Shown: positions 43,462-54,314, counted from the first letter of the stretch. The stretch is DNA of 64,000 bases from Kangiella sp. (GCF_014762745.1 NZ_JABURJ010000015.1:21303-85302); one strand, 5' to 3'. Translations and numbers: made by a program. Notes: generated from the sequence alone by a model not told the origin.

Positions 43462-44214
43462 ATGCAAGATTATCAAGCCGCACCTGATTTATTAAAGGAT
43501 AAAGTGATTTTAGTCACTGGTGCAACTGCTGGTATTGGCAAGGAACTTGCCATGACCTATGCCAAACATGGAGCTACAGTCATTCTCCTGTCGCGCGACA
43601 CTCGCAAGCTGGAAAAGGTTTACGATGAAATTGAAGCCGCAGGCTATCCGCAACCTGCATACCTGCCGGTCAATCTACAAAACAATGACCCACAGCAGTA
43701 TCATCAGGTTGCTGAAGTCATTGAGAAAGAATTTGGTCGCCTTGACGCACTAGTGCATAACGCAGGTGATTTAGGTTTGCTCTCACCAATAGAACATTTT
43801 GATGAAGAAACCTGGTTTCGCGTGATGCAGGTTAATGTCAACGCTGAATTTCTGTTGACCAAATATTGCATCTCATTGCTACGAAAATCTGATGATGCAT
43901 CGATCCTGTTCACTTCTTCGGGTGTTGGTCGTCAGGGACGAGCTTACTGGGGTGCCTATGCAGTATCAAAGTTTGCAACTGAAGGTATGATGCAGGTTCT
44001 GGCTGATGAACTGGAAAGCGCTAAAATCCGCGTTAACAGCATTAACCCCGGAGCAACCCGCACCAAGATGCGCGCCAACGCTTATCCAGGCGAAGATCCG
44101 AACTCATTACCTACACCTGCTGATCTGATGCCAGCCTATCTATGGTTAATGGACAGCAAGGCATGCCCCAAAACGGGCCAGGCGATCAACGCCAGAGATT
44201 TTCTTAAGCAATAA
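43462..44214 (+). CDS. yciK: YciK family short-chain dehydrogenase
   Basis: MQDYQAAPDLLKDKVILVTGA..GIG, GRAYWGAYAVSKFATEG, SINPGATRTKMRA. Confidence 0.92.
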   Translation: MQDYQAAPDLLKDKVILVTGATAGIGKELAMTYAKHGATVILLSRDTRKLEKVYDEIEAAGYPQPAYLPVNLQNNDPQQYHQVAEVIEKEFGRLDALVHNAGDLGLLSPIEHFDEETWFRVMQVNVNAEFLLTKYCISLLRKSDDASILFTSSGVGRQGRAYWGAYAVSKFATEGMMQVLADELESAKIRVNSINPGATRTKMRANAYPGEDPNSLPTPADLMPAYLWLMDSKACPKTGQAINARDFLKQ

Positions 44215-44229
44215 AACAGGGACTTCTAT

Positions 44230-45777
44230 TTGACTTTCGAGGGACTCACAGAAGAAGCTATCAAGGAGCAGTTCGAATCTGCCGAGCAGGCGCAGCCCGT
44301 TCAGTATGCCGCCATCGACTTAGGCTCCAACAGCTTTCACCTGGCCATCGCCGAATACGATGGCCACTCCTTTCGAGTTATTGGTCGTCATAAAGAGAAG
44401 GTTCAGCTTGCCAATGGCCTTGATGATAATGATATCCTTTCGCAGGAAGCGATTGAGCGCGGATTAAACTGCCTCAAGCTGTTTCAGGAGCGCATTAAAA
44501 ATATTCCCGCCAAATACACAAAAGTAGTCGCGACCTATACTCTGCGCGAAGCGAAAAATGCTAAAGCCTTTGTTGAGCCGGCGGAGATGATTCTCAACAA
44601 CCCCATCGAAATTTTACCCGGCAAAGAAGAAGCACGTTTAATCTACGATGGTGTGTCTCACTACCATCCCGATATTGAAACTGCCCTGGTTGTGGATATT
44701 GGTGGCGGTAGTACCGAAATTATTCTGGGAGATAAATTTGAGCCAATCAATCTCGATAGTCTTTCCATAGGTTGTGTCACCTATCAGCGTTACTTTCCTA
44801 ACGGCAACATTAACGAAAACAATTTCAAGCAAGCAATACTAACTGCGGCCGCCGAAATATCGCGTATTGAGAAGCGCTATCTATCAACCAGCTGGAAACA
44901 CTGCCTAGGCTCTTCAGGAAGTATTGAAGCGGTTTACAAAGTGCTGGTTGAACTCGGTTTTGATGAGGGTTTTATCAGACCAGAGCATCTACAGCTTATT
45001 AAGGAAAAGCTGATCGAGATGGGCCATATCGATCAGATTAGCTTTAGCAGTTTATCACTCAGTCGTCAGAATACATTTGCGGTCGGTCTGGCCATTCTTA
45101 TAGCTCTATTTCAAGAATTGAAGATCGATAAAATGTATGTGGCAAATGGCTCTTTGCGTGAAGGGATTCTGATTGAGCTTGCAGAAGAGTTGAAAGGCAA
45201 TGATAACCGTCATCATACTGCGCTATCACTGATGAGCCGTTTCAATGTGGATCAGGAATATGCCATTCAGGTTAAGAATGCCGCTCAACATATTTTTGAC
45301 CAAGTTGCAGATATTTGGGAAATCAATAACCCAATCTACAAGAACTATCTCGACTGGGCCTGTCTGCTACACGAAATCGGCCTGTCCATCAGCTTCTCTA
45401 AATTGCGCCTTCATAGTGCTTATATTGTTCAGTATGGTGATATGCCTGGTTTTAGCCAACAGACCAAAGAGTCATTGGCAGCCATCATTGCCAATCAACG
45501 CAAAAAACTATATCCAGAACAGTTTGATAACAAATATGATCCTGCCTGTGCATTACTGGCAATCACACAAATATTACGAATTGCCATTCTGCTCAATATC
45601 AAAAGAGACCACGTGGATATTTCGGATTTGAAATTTGAGGCCAACAGCCGCAATCAATTGATGATTCGTATTCCTCAGCAGTGGGCATACAAGCATCAAT
45701 TACTGTTAGCAGAACTCAGCAAAGAGCAAGCTTACCTTGAATACCACCAAATCCAGTTAGACTGGGTAGTGGAATAA
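44230..45777 (+). CDS. ppx: Exopolyphosphatase Ppx/GppA
   Basis: AAIDLGSNSFHL, EEARLIY, DIGGGSTE, LREG, HD-like LLHEIG. Confidence 0.92.
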   Translation: MTFEGLTEEAIKEQFESAEQAQPVQYAAIDLGSNSFHLAIAEYDGHSFRVIGRHKEKVQLANGLDDNDILSQEAIERGLNCLKLFQERIKNIPAKYTKVVATYTLREAKNAKAFVEPAEMILNNPIEILPGKEEARLIYDGVSHYHPDIETALVVDIGGGSTEIILGDKFEPINLDSLSIGCVTYQRYFPNGNINENNFKQAILTAAAEISRIEKRYLSTSWKHCLGSSGSIEAVYKVLVELGFDEGFIRPEHLQLIKEKLIEMGHIDQISFSSLSLSRQNTFAVGLAILIALFQELKIDKMYVANGSLREGILIELAEELKGNDNRHHTALSLMSRFNVDQEYAIQVKNAAQHIFDQVADIWEINNPIYKNYLDWACLLHEIGLSISFSKLRLHSAYIVQYGDMPGFSQQTKESLAAIIANQRKKLYPEQFDNKYDPACALLAITQILRIAILLNIKRDHVDISDLKFEANSRNQLMIRIPQQWAYKHQLLLAELSKEQAYLEYHQIQLDWVVE

Positions 45778-45792
45778 TAAACCATCATCAGC

Positions 45793-47928
45793 TCAGGATA
45801 ACCTGGCTAACAGAAGGTCGTGCAACTTCTTGCTATTTTTAAGGTGAGTAAAATGATATTGACCATCTGCATGCAGGTGCCAGCTTTGAATTCTCTCAGA
45901 AGCCATCAGCTTTAACTCTTTGATCATTTGTTGCTTGGCTGACTCATACAAAATCGGGAAACAGGTTTCGACACGATAGTACAAATTGCGTTCCATCCAA
46001 TCAGCCGACGCTGCGTACAATTGCTCTTCACCATCCGCATAGAAATAATAAACACGCGAATGTTCAAGAAAGCGACCAATGATGGAAACGACTTCAATGT
46101 TTTCGGAAACACCTTCAATGCCTGGCCGCAAACAGCAAACGCCTCGCACAATCAGCTTTACCTTAACCCCAGCGATAGAGGCTTTATAAAGCGCTTCAAT
46201 CAAAGACTGGTCGGTCAATGAATTGACCTTGATGATAATGCCGCTTTTTTTACCAGCTAATGCATTTTCAGTTTCCATCTGAATGGCTTTCATGATGTTG
46301 TCATGCAGTGTAAAAGGCGCATGCCAGAGCTTATGCAATTGATACACCTTGCCCATACCGGTCAACTGCTGGAAAACTTTATGCACATCTTCACAAATTT
46401 CTGGGTCGCTGGTTAGCAAGCTATAGTCTGTGTAGAGCCTTGCATTTCCGGCATGGTAATTGCCGGTGCCAAGATGGGCAAAACGTATCAAATGTTTTTT
46501 CTCGCGCTTTACCACCAAAGTCATTTTGGCATGGGTCTTGTAACCAACAACACCATAAACCACCAAGACCCCGGCTTCCTGAAGTTTCTGCGCTAACTCT
46601 ATATTAGAAGCTTCATCAAAGCGAGCACGCAGCTCAACCACGGCGGTGACCTCTTTTCCAGACTGAGCGGCTTCAATTAAAGCCTCAACAATCGCAGACT
46701 GACTACCCGTGCGATATAAGGTTTGTTTGATAGCAAGAACTTCTGGATCGCTGGCCGCCTGACGTACGAAGTCAATCACAGGCTGAAAGCTTTGATATGG
46801 ATGATGCAACAGCACGTCACGCTCAGCTACAACATCAAAAACGCCACGACGGTGAATATCGTCAGGAACTTTAGGAGTAAAACCGGTGAATTTCAGATCA
46901 GGGCGCTCTACCAGCTCTGGAAGCGAAATAAGACGGTTTAAATTGACCGGGCCATTAACCCGATAGAGATCATCAGGCGTCAGGTTACACTTCTGTAACA
47001 GGAAGTTGATAATCTTATTGGGACAGGACTCTTCAACCTCAAGGCGCACTGCGGCACCAAAGTTGCGCGACTGCAATTCGCGCTTCAAGGCACTGGCAAG
47101 ATCCTCAATCCCCTTTTCCTCCAACAACAAGTCGCTGTCTCGAGTTAAGCGAAATTGATAACAGCCACTGATTTCCATGCCCGGGAAAAGATCCTCTGCG
47201 AACTCTGAAATGATGGCAGATAGATAGACAAAGTTATGCCCTTTACTACCGCCAATTTTTTCTGGCAATTCAATGATTCGAGGTAGCGAACGGGGCATGT
47301 GCAAAACGGCAAACTCAAGGTCACGGCCAAAAGCATCATTGCCATGAAGCTGGAGCAGGAAGTGCAAACTTTTATTAACCAGTCGCGGAAACGGATGAGT
47401 CAAATCCAGACTGATAGGGCTTATGACCGGCGTAACCTGCTGTTTAAAATATTTCTTAAGCCATTTGTATTGTTCGTCATCCCAATGTTTAGGAGACAGG
47501 AAGTGGATATCTTCTTCAGCAAGCCGCGGCAATAGCTCCTGATTAAATATTCGGTACTGCTCTTCAACCAGTTTATGAGCTTGCTCATTAACTTGGCGCA
47601 AAACTTCTTCTGTAGAAAGACCATTGAGCCCAAATCGGGACTCACCACGAGCCAAGCTATGGCGTAAACCAGCAACCCGAACCTCAAAGAACTCATCAAG
47701 GTTATTACTACAGATAAAGATAAAACGCATCCGCTCAAGCAATGGAGTCGAATGATCCAGAGCCTGCTGCAACACACGCCAGTTAAACGCTAATAGACTC
47801 AACTCACGGTTGAGGTAGTATTCGGGATTATTCAAAGGAATTTTATTTAAATCATCCATCGACAAAGCCGACTGTTGTGGCTTATCGTCTAAAGTAACGG
47901 TTGATGATTTATCTGCAGCGGATCCCAT
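45793..47928 (-). CDS. ppk1: Polyphosphate kinase 1
   Basis: YLNRELSLL.FN.RVL, HPFP, LLHHPYQSF, KTHAK, RFLEHSRVY. Confidence 0.97.
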   Translation of the reverse strand: MGSAADKSSTVTLDDKPQQSALSMDDLNKIPLNNPEYYLNRELSLLAFNWRVLQQALDHSTPLLERMRFIFICSNNLDEFFEVRVAGLRHSLARGESRFGLNGLSTEEVLRQVNEQAHKLVEEQYRIFNQELLPRLAEEDIHFLSPKHWDDEQYKWLKKYFKQQVTPVISPISLDLTHPFPRLVNKSLHFLLQLHGNDAFGRDLEFAVLHMPRSLPRIIELPEKIGGSKGHNFVYLSAIISEFAEDLFPGMEISGCYQFRLTRDSDLLLEEKGIEDLASALKRELQSRNFGAAVRLEVEESCPNKIINFLLQKCNLTPDDLYRVNGPVNLNRLISLPELVERPDLKFTGFTPKVPDDIHRRGVFDVVAERDVLLHHPYQSFQPVIDFVRQAASDPEVLAIKQTLYRTGSQSAIVEALIEAAQSGKEVTAVVELRARFDEASNIELAQKLQEAGVLVVYGVVGYKTHAKMTLVVKREKKHLIRFAHLGTGNYHAGNARLYTDYSLLTSDPEICEDVHKVFQQLTGMGKVYQLHKLWHAPFTLHDNIMKAIQMETENALAGKKSGIIIKVNSLTDQSLIEALYKASIAGVKVKLIVRGVCCLRPGIEGVSENIEVVSIIGRFLEHSRVYYFYADGEEQLYAASADWMERNLYYRVETCFPILYESAKQQMIKELKLMASERIQSWHLHADGQYHFTHLKNSKKLHDLLLARLS

Positions 47929-48042
47929 AGCTTTCCTTGAAGTGTGTAAATTTGCAGTAACCTTTTCATATTACCTGCAATCTGCAAGGAAAAGCTAGGG
48001 ACTAATATGACATTTTAAAGATAACGAAACTGTCGACCGAGC

Positions 48043-48846
48043 TTATCGTTTCTTCCAGACATTTTTTTGTTGACGCTTTTTCACTTCCGGTTGAGCGCGA
48101 CGAGGAGTGACTTCAAGTTCAACCAACTTCGCCAAATCCCTGATTTCCTGTTCATCCAGATCGATCCAGCGGCCACGACTGAGTCTCTGCGGTAAATTGA
48201 TAGGCCCGTACTGAACACGCATCAAACGGGATACTTCAACGCCTTGCGACTCCCATAACTTACGCACTTCACGGTTCTTACCCTCGGCCAGGCCTACTTC
48301 ATACCAGGTATTGGTGCCTTCGCCGCCCTTTTCCTGCACATAGGTAAACTGGCACATATCACCTTCAATCAGGACGCCCTTTTTAAGGTTGTTGATCATT
48401 TCCGGAGTCACTTCGCCATGCACCCGAACCGCATATTTACGCTCCACCTGATACGAAGGGTGCATCAGGCGATGCGCCAGCTCACCATTATTGGTGAACA
48501 GCAAAAGTCCTGTGGTGTTGATATCAAGTCGACCTATACTGATCCAGCGTCCAAAACTGGTTTTCGGCAAATTATCAAACACCGTTGGACGACCTTCAGG
48601 ATCCTTCTTGGTGGAAACTTCACCCAGCGGCTTGTTATAAGCCAATACACGAGTATAGGTTTCTTCCGAGGATTTTATGGTAATGACACGGCCATCAACT
48701 CGAATCGTATCCTTATCTGTGGCACGCTCACCCAACTTAGCAATTGAGCCATTAACACTGACACGCCCACCCTCAATCCACTTTTCGATTTCACGACGAG
48801 AGCCTAGACCAGCATTAGCAAGAATTTTCTGTAGTTTTTCAGACAT
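48043..48846 (-). CDS. rluB: 23S rRNA pseudouridine synthase B
   Basis: [11 protein letters not shown]4 domain, [24 protein letters not shown]. Confidence 0.95.
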   Translation of the reverse strand: MSEKLQKILANAGLGSRREIEKWIEGGRVSVNGSIAKLGERATDKDTIRVDGRVITIKSSEETYTRVLAYNKPLGEVSTKKDPEGRPTVFDNLPKTSFGRWISIGRLDINTTGLLLFTNNGELAHRLMHPSYQVERKYAVRVHGEVTPEMINNLKKGVLIEGDMCQFTYVQEKGGEGTNTWYEVGLAEGKNREVRKLWESQGVEVSRLMRVQYGPINLPQRLSRGRWIDLDEQEIRDLAKLVELEVTPRRAQPEVKKRQQKNVWKKR

Positions 48847-48935
48847 GATGTTACCGCTTCAAGAATATAGCCGCATTTTAAGGGCTATAGCGGTATCAGT
48901 CGAGGGATATAAGGAAATATGATGCAGCGTGCAAT

Positions 48936-48961
48936 AAAAAAGCCGCTAAACAGCGGCTTTT
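48936..48961 (-). terminator. Terminator overlapping the receiver-gene stop
   Basis: AAAAAAGCCGCT-AAAC-AGCGGCTTTT. Confidence 0.65.
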
Positions 48962-49515
48962 GCTCTAAATCCTGTGCGTCTTAACACGCAGTCTTCATCG
49001 AGAAGTCGCTCAATACGTTTAAATACTTCATAACGGTTGAAGGGTTTACGCATAAAGTCATCAGCACCAATTCGTTCAGCATAGTATGTTTCGGTTGCCT
49101 GAACGTTGCCACTGATCATGATTACCGGAATATCGCGGGTACGTGGATCTTTGCGTAATTGACGCAAAGCAGCAAAGCCATTGATTCCTGGAAGTACGAT
49201 ATCGAGAAAGATTAAGTCAGGTTTTTCTCTTAATGCGACTTCTAAACCTTTCTCTGCATCGAGAGCTGGAAAAACATCATAATGATTCTGAAGAAGCATT
49301 TTGCGAAGTGTAACTTGAATGGTTTTTGAGTCGTCAATGACCAGGATCTTACTGCCTGGAGCTGCATTGCGACGGCGACGAGATCGACGCTCTACGGTGA
49401 GACTGCCATCTGCTGCCTGCTTTAAGACTTGTTGATTATCCGAATCTTCACTGCGCCCCAAACCACCAATCTGGCGATGATCAACTAATGTGCGCAACCT
49501 GCTTATAATGTTCAA
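48946..49515 (-). CDS. Single-domain response regulator (PilH-like) with N-terminal extension
   Basis: ILVIDDS, PDLIFLDIVLPGINGF, IPVIMISG, MRKPF. Confidence 0.85.
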   Translation of the reverse strand: MNIISRLRTLVDHRQIGGLGRSEDSDNQQVLKQAADGSLTVERRSRRRRNAAPGSKILVIDDSKTIQVTLRKMLLQNHYDVFPALDAEKGLEVALREKPDLIFLDIVLPGINGFAALRQLRKDPRTRDIPVIMISGNVQATETYYAERIGADDFMRKPFNRYEVFKRIERLLDEDCVLRRTGFRAKAAV

Positions 49516-49633
49516 TGTTACCCCCGACTTGGTTTACAAGGCCACTAACATTTTTGAAAGTGGCTGTAAAACTTGGGGCTATTATAATTTTTAGAAATAT
49601 GAAAAACCTAGATCCAATTATCAATTAGACTAA

Positions 49634-50584
49634 TTAATGGATCGGATAAGTTGCTTTTTGTTCTGAATCTGTGTCCAAGCTCTCATCTTCAAAGTCATCA
49701 TTATGATCGTCAGCTCGGTAGTCATCATCACTGTCCTGCTCTTCCAGCGTCTCAGAATCGAGTTCAGTACCGTCAAAATCTGACTGTTCGTCTTCGATAG
49801 ACTCTACACCCTCGGGATGACTTCCATCGTCATAGTGCTCATCGGCTTCCTCAATCCCCTCTTCATAACCTTCCTCGCTGGAATCAGGATCGACAGTTTC
49901 TGGATCGATAGTTTCTGGGCCAATAATCTCAGGATCATCTGTCTCAAGATCACTGCTTTTAGCAACCGAATCATCAGACTGTTCAGTATCATTTGTAGCT
50001 TCAGCGTCATCATCACCATCAAACTTCAATTCTGGATTCAAGTTATCCAGATCTTTTAGCTCCGATAATGAAGGCAGTTCATCAAGACTTTTGAGATTAA
50101 AATAATCTAGAAATGCCTTGGTTGTGGCATAAAGGGCCGGTTTTCCGGGAACATCACGATGACCAACCACTCGAATCCACTCACGCTCAAGAAGGGTTTT
50201 AATGATTGAAGAGCTGACGCTGACACCACGAACCTGTTCAATATCGCTTCGCGTGGTCGGCTGACGATAGGCAATCAAGGATAAGGTTTCGAGCAAGGCT
50301 CTGGAATAACGGGCTGGGCGCTCTTCCCATAAGCGAGCAATCCACTCAGCATATTCCTGACGTGCCTGGTAACGATAGCCACTGGCTACTTCTACCAGCT
50401 CAATACCACGCCCCTCGGCTTCCTGCTGCAACTGTTCCAAAGCAGCTTTGATTTGCTCAGGTTTGATTTTTTCTTCTTCTGCAAACAGCTCCAACATCCT
50501 GTCCTTTGACAAGGTGCTGCCTGCTGCTAAAAGCGAAGCTTCAATAATTCGAACGATTTTTTCTTGATTCATACCCACTGCCAA
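49634..50584 (-). CDS. scpB: SMC-Scp complex subunit ScpB with long acidic tail
   Basis: IELVEVASGYRYQ, YSRALLETLSLIAYRQP, PGKPALYATT..FLDYFNL. Confidence 0.95.
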   Translation of the reverse strand: MAVGMNQEKIVRIIEASLLAAGSTLSKDRMLELFAEEEKIKPEQIKAALEQLQQEAEGRGIELVEVASGYRYQARQEYAEWIARLWEERPARYSRALLETLSLIAYRQPTTRSDIEQVRGVSVSSSIIKTLLEREWIRVVGHRDVPGKPALYATTKAFLDYFNLKSLDELPSLSELKDLDNLNPELKFDGDDDAEATNDTEQSDDSVAKSSDLETDDPEIIGPETIDPETVDPDSSEEGYEEGIEEADEHYDDGSHPEGVESIEDEQSDFDGTELDSETLEEQDSDDDYRADDHNDDFEDESLDTDSEQKATYPIH

Positions 50585-50593
50585 TCAATCCCA

Positions 50594-51520
50594 TTAATCG
50601 ACCGTTGGCTCAATATCGGCCAACTTGTCTTCAAGCGATTCCGAGTCGTCCTCCCCTTCTACCCCAGAGCTGATTTTCGCTCTAACGTGGATGGGGCCAT
50701 AACCTTCGGTCTGAATAATTTCTAACAATGATTCTTTCGCCAGCTCCATAATTGCCAGGAAAGTCACCACCACACCCATGCGCCCTTCTTCAACATTGAA
50801 CAGTTGCGAGAAATCACAAAAGCTCTGCGCCGATAAACGCTCAAGAACGTGGCCCATTTTTTCTCTGACTGACAGGGCCTCGAACTGAATATGGTGGCTG
50901 GAAAACATTTCTGCTCGACGTAGCACATCTCGTAAGGCAAGCAAAAGCTCTTTCATTTCGACATCAGGATCAGGTTTTACAATATTGAGCTGCGGCTTTT
51001 TAGCACTGACTGCAAAATTGTCGCGACCCATGCGCGGCAATTCATCAATATCTTCAGCCGCCTGCTTAAACTGCTCATATTCCTGCAAGCGACGAATTAA
51101 ATCAGCTCGCGGATCGTCCTCATCATCCTCATCATCTTTTGGACGAGGTAATAAGACGCGACTTTTGATTTCCGCCAACATAGCCGCCATCACCAGATAT
51201 TCAGCAGCAAGCTCAAGGTGTAACACCTTCATCAACTCAACATATTCCATGTATTGCTCAGTAATGTGGGCAATTGGAATATTCAGGATATCGAGGTTTT
51301 GACGTTTGATCAGATAGAGCAATAAATCGAGCGGCCCTTCGAAAGCTTCCAGGAAAACTTCCAGCGCATCTGGCGGGATATAAAGATCTTTTGGGAAATC
51401 CTCAACCTGTTGACCATCAACCAGCGCAAAAGGCATCTCTTCCTGGAGATGTCCGGCTTCGGGTGAATGCTCATTAGCATTCGTAAGCTGTTCGCTGGTT
51501 GGTTCGCTCATAATGACCAC
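50594..51520 (-). CDS. scpA: Segregation/condensation protein A
   Basis: FEGPLDLLLYLI, EYLVMAAMLAEIKSR.LLP, VVVTFLAIMELAK. Confidence 0.95.
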   Translation of the reverse strand: MVIMSEPTSEQLTNANEHSPEAGHLQEEMPFALVDGQQVEDFPKDLYIPPDALEVFLEAFEGPLDLLLYLIKRQNLDILNIPIAHITEQYMEYVELMKVLHLELAAEYLVMAAMLAEIKSRVLLPRPKDDEDDEDDPRADLIRRLQEYEQFKQAAEDIDELPRMGRDNFAVSAKKPQLNIVKPDPDVEMKELLLALRDVLRRAEMFSSHHIQFEALSVREKMGHVLERLSAQSFCDFSQLFNVEEGRMGVVVTFLAIMELAKESLLEIIQTEGYGPIHVRAKISSGVEGEDDSESLEDKLADIEPTVD

Positions 51521-51528
51521 TTCATAGG

Positions 51529-52746
51529 TTATTTGTAAGAAAGGCCCATTGCCTGACGCACATCGTCCATCGTCTCACGCGCCACATCACGCGCACGCTC
51601 AGAACCTTCAGATACGATATTACGCACAATTTCAGGGCTTTCCTGGTATTCCTTAGCACGTTCAACAAAAACCTGCTGTTCGGCACACACCGCATCAATC
51701 ACCGGGCCTTTACAATCGACACAACCGATACCGGCGCTGGTGCAGCCTTTTTGAACCCAGTCTTTAACTTCCTCAGAAGAATAAATCTTGTGGAACTCCC
51801 ACACAGGGCAATTTTCAGGATTTCCCGGATCAGTCCGACGAACTCGTGCTGGGTCGGTCGGCATGGTCTTAATTTTCTTTTCCACCGATTCACGCGGCTC
51901 ACGCATGGCAATCGCATTGCCATAAGACTTAGACATTTTCTGACCATCGAGGCCCGGCATTTTTGACACTGGAGTCAATAGAGCCTGAGGTTCAGGAAGA
52001 ATGATCTTGCCTTCACCATCCAGATATCCGTATAAACGCTCGCGATCATTGATCGAGATATTGGCCTGTGATTCTACTAATGCTTGCGCGGTTTCCAACG
52101 CAGCCTGGTCACCTTCTTGCTGGAATTTTTTGCGTAAGCTGTTGTATAACTTAGCGTTTTTCTTACCCATCTTTTTGATGGCTTCGGTCACTTTCTCCTC
52201 AAAACCCGGCTCTTTACCGTAAAAATGATTAAAGCGACGCGCTGCTTCACGGGTCATTTCAACGTGTGGCACCTGATCCGCACCGACCGGTACATTCCCA
52301 GCTCGGTAAACCAGAATATCGGCTGCCTGCAACAGTGGGTAACCCAAGAAGCCATAAGTGGATAAGTCTTTGTTCTGTAGCTTTTCTTGTTGTTCTTTAT
52401 AGGTTGGAACACGCTCCAGCCAACCCAAAGGCGTCACCATCGACAATAATAAATGTAATTCAGCATGCTCAGGGACTTTAGACTGCACAAAAATAGTAGC
52501 CGCAGAAGGACTGATCCCCGCTGCCAACCAATCCAGAACCGTGTCCCACACGTATTCTTCTATGCGAGCCGTATCATCATAATTGGTGGTCAGGGCGTGC
52601 CAGTCGGCAACCATAAAAAAGCACTCGTACTCGTGCTGCATTTGTGCCCAATTCTTTAAAACCCCGTGATAATGTCCCAAATGCAAAGGGCCGGTAGGAC
52701 GCATTCCAGATAAAACGCGCTTCTGGCCAACAGTAATAGAACTCAA
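51529..52746 (-). CDS. trpS: Tryptophan--tRNA ligase
   Basis: SGMRPTG.LHLGH, YPLLQAADIL, VPVGADQ..H, KMSKS. Confidence 0.97.
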   Translation of the reverse strand: MSSITVGQKRVLSGMRPTGPLHLGHYHGVLKNWAQMQHEYECFFMVADWHALTTNYDDTARIEEYVWDTVLDWLAAGISPSAATIFVQSKVPEHAELHLLLSMVTPLGWLERVPTYKEQQEKLQNKDLSTYGFLGYPLLQAADILVYRAGNVPVGADQVPHVEMTREAARRFNHFYGKEPGFEEKVTEAIKKMGKKNAKLYNSLRKKFQQEGDQAALETAQALVESQANISINDRERLYGYLDGEGKIILPEPQALLTPVSKMPGLDGQKMSKSYGNAIAMREPRESVEKKIKTMPTDPARVRRTDPGNPENCPVWEFHKIYSSEEVKDWVQKGCTSAGIGCVDCKGPVIDAVCAEQQVFVERAKEYQESPEIVRNIVSEGSERARDVARETMDDVRQAMGLSYK

Positions 52747-52890
52747 TGAAATACCCTTATAATTATGTCGAAATAGTAAAAATAATAAGACTGCCCATTA
52801 TAACGAGAACATTCAAAAACGCTATCTTTCTATACCCATAACTGACCCCTGAAACTTTCGTGAAGCACCCTTCAAATTTTATTGTTAAAC

Positions 52891-52919
52891 TTGACACAAA
52901 CAAATACGTGTATATACAC
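52891..52919 (+). promoter_or_regulatory. MarR-operon promoter with palindromic operator
   Basis: TTGACA at 52891; perfect palindrome GTGTATATACAC (52908-52919) over the predicted -10. Confidence 0.6.
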
Positions 52920-52928
52920 TCACCTATA

Positions 52929-53324
52929 ATGAAACCACAATTTATCGAAGCAAAAGACTGCTTTTGTCTTGAAGCTCGGCGGAAAGCCAGAGCCATCACA
53001 AGGCTTTATGAAGAAAAGCTAAGGCCTCACGGACTACGCGCTACTCAATTTTCAGTGCTAGCCGTTCTGAAGTTGAAAGGGCCAACATCAACTACAGAGC
53101 TTGCTGACTTTTTAGTTCTTGAGCGAACCACAATGACTCGTGGAGCGGCAGTAATGGCAAAGCATGGATGGATTGAGCCCTCCCCGACTGAAGATAAGCG
53201 GGTTAAAGCATGGCGATTAACGCCATCGGGAGCAAAAAAGCTCGAAGAAGCCTTTCCTGCCTGGCAGGAAGTTCAACATCAACTTAAAAAAGGTATGGAG
53301 AGTCAACAAATCACTAAGGAGTAA
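52929..53324 (+). CDS. MarR family transcriptional regulator
   Basis: CFCLEARRKARAITRLYEEKLRPHGL..TQFSVL, LERTTMTR, DKRVK winged helix. Start at ATG 52929. Confidence 0.88.
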   Translation: MKPQFIEAKDCFCLEARRKARAITRLYEEKLRPHGLRATQFSVLAVLKLKGPTSTTELADFLVLERTTMTRGAAVMAKHGWIEPSPTEDKRVKAWRLTPSGAKKLEEAFPAWQEVQHQLKKGMESQQITKE

Positions 53325-53326
53325 CT

Positions 53327-53944
53327 ATGAAGCTTTATTATGCAGAAACTGCTAACTGCTACAAAACTTGTGCAGTTGCACAATATTTAAAATCCCCCAT
53401 CGAATTTATTCGAGTCAACCTGGGTGAGCTTGAACACAAGCAACCTGAGTTTCTTGCCAAAAACCCCAATGGTAAGGTACCGGTACTTGATACAGATGGC
53501 GGCGCATTATGGGAGTCATTTGCCATCATGTGCCATCTGGCACGCGAAGCAGGCTCCGACTTATGGCCCAACGACCAAAGACAGGTTGAAATATTGCGTT
53601 GGGTGAGCTGGGATTTTGATTGCTTCTTACCTAGTGCTGGTGCTTACTATTACGAAAACATTATTAAGCCTCAGTTTAATATCGGCAAACCTGATTCTGA
53701 GGCGCTGCAGAAAATTGAACCGCAGTTTAAACAGCACGCAGAACTTTTAAACAACCACCTCAAAGGAAAGGACTTTGTGGTTGGCAATAGCCTGACATTG
53801 GCAGATTTTTCTCTTGGAGTCATGCTGCCCTACGCAGAACAGGCTCAGATCCCATTAGATGACTTCCCCGAAATTCAACGCTGGCACCATAAGTTAATGC
53901 AACTTCCCGCTTGGCGCTCCCCCTTCCCCACCATAAATAAATAA
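53327..53944 (+). CDS. Glutathione S-transferase family protein
   Basis: NPNGKVPVL, LWESFAIMCHLA, LTLADFSL. Confidence 0.92.
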   Translation: MKLYYAETANCYKTCAVAQYLKSPIEFIRVNLGELEHKQPEFLAKNPNGKVPVLDTDGGALWESFAIMCHLAREAGSDLWPNDQRQVEILRWVSWDFDCFLPSAGAYYYENIIKPQFNIGKPDSEALQKIEPQFKQHAELLNNHLKGKDFVVGNSLTLADFSLGVMLPYAEQAQIPLDDFPEIQRWHHKLMQLPAWRSPFPTINK

Positions 53945-53954
53945 GGAGTTCATT

Positions 53955-54314
53955 ATGTCGTTTTATATTGATGGATATGTTTTACCGGTACCGAAAGACA
54001 AACTTGATGAATACATCGAAATGGCCAAGATGGCCGGCAGCGTCTGGAAAGAATATGGTGCTCTCAAGGTTGTTGAGGCGGTTGCTGATGATGTTCAACC
54101 AGGTAAAGTCACCTCGTTTCCACAAAGTGTGCAACTCAAAGACAACGAAACCGTTATTTTCTCTTACATCCTTTATGAGTCTCGCGAAGCTCGCGACGAA
54201 ATCAATGCAAAAGTCATGAAGGATCCACGCCTTGCTGATATGAAACCTGACAACATGCCCTTCGATGGGATGAGAATGTTTTGGGGCGGATTCAAACCTA
54301 TCGTTGAACTTTAA
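53955..54314 (+). CDS. DUF1428 (YbaA-like) protein
   Basis: YIDGYVLPVP, VWKEYGAL, TSFPQSV, PFDGMRMFWGGF. Confidence 0.9.
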   Translation: MSFYIDGYVLPVPKDKLDEYIEMAKMAGSVWKEYGALKVVEAVADDVQPGKVTSFPQSVQLKDNETVIFSYILYESREARDEINAKVMKDPRLADMKPDNMPFDGMRMFWGGFKPIVEL

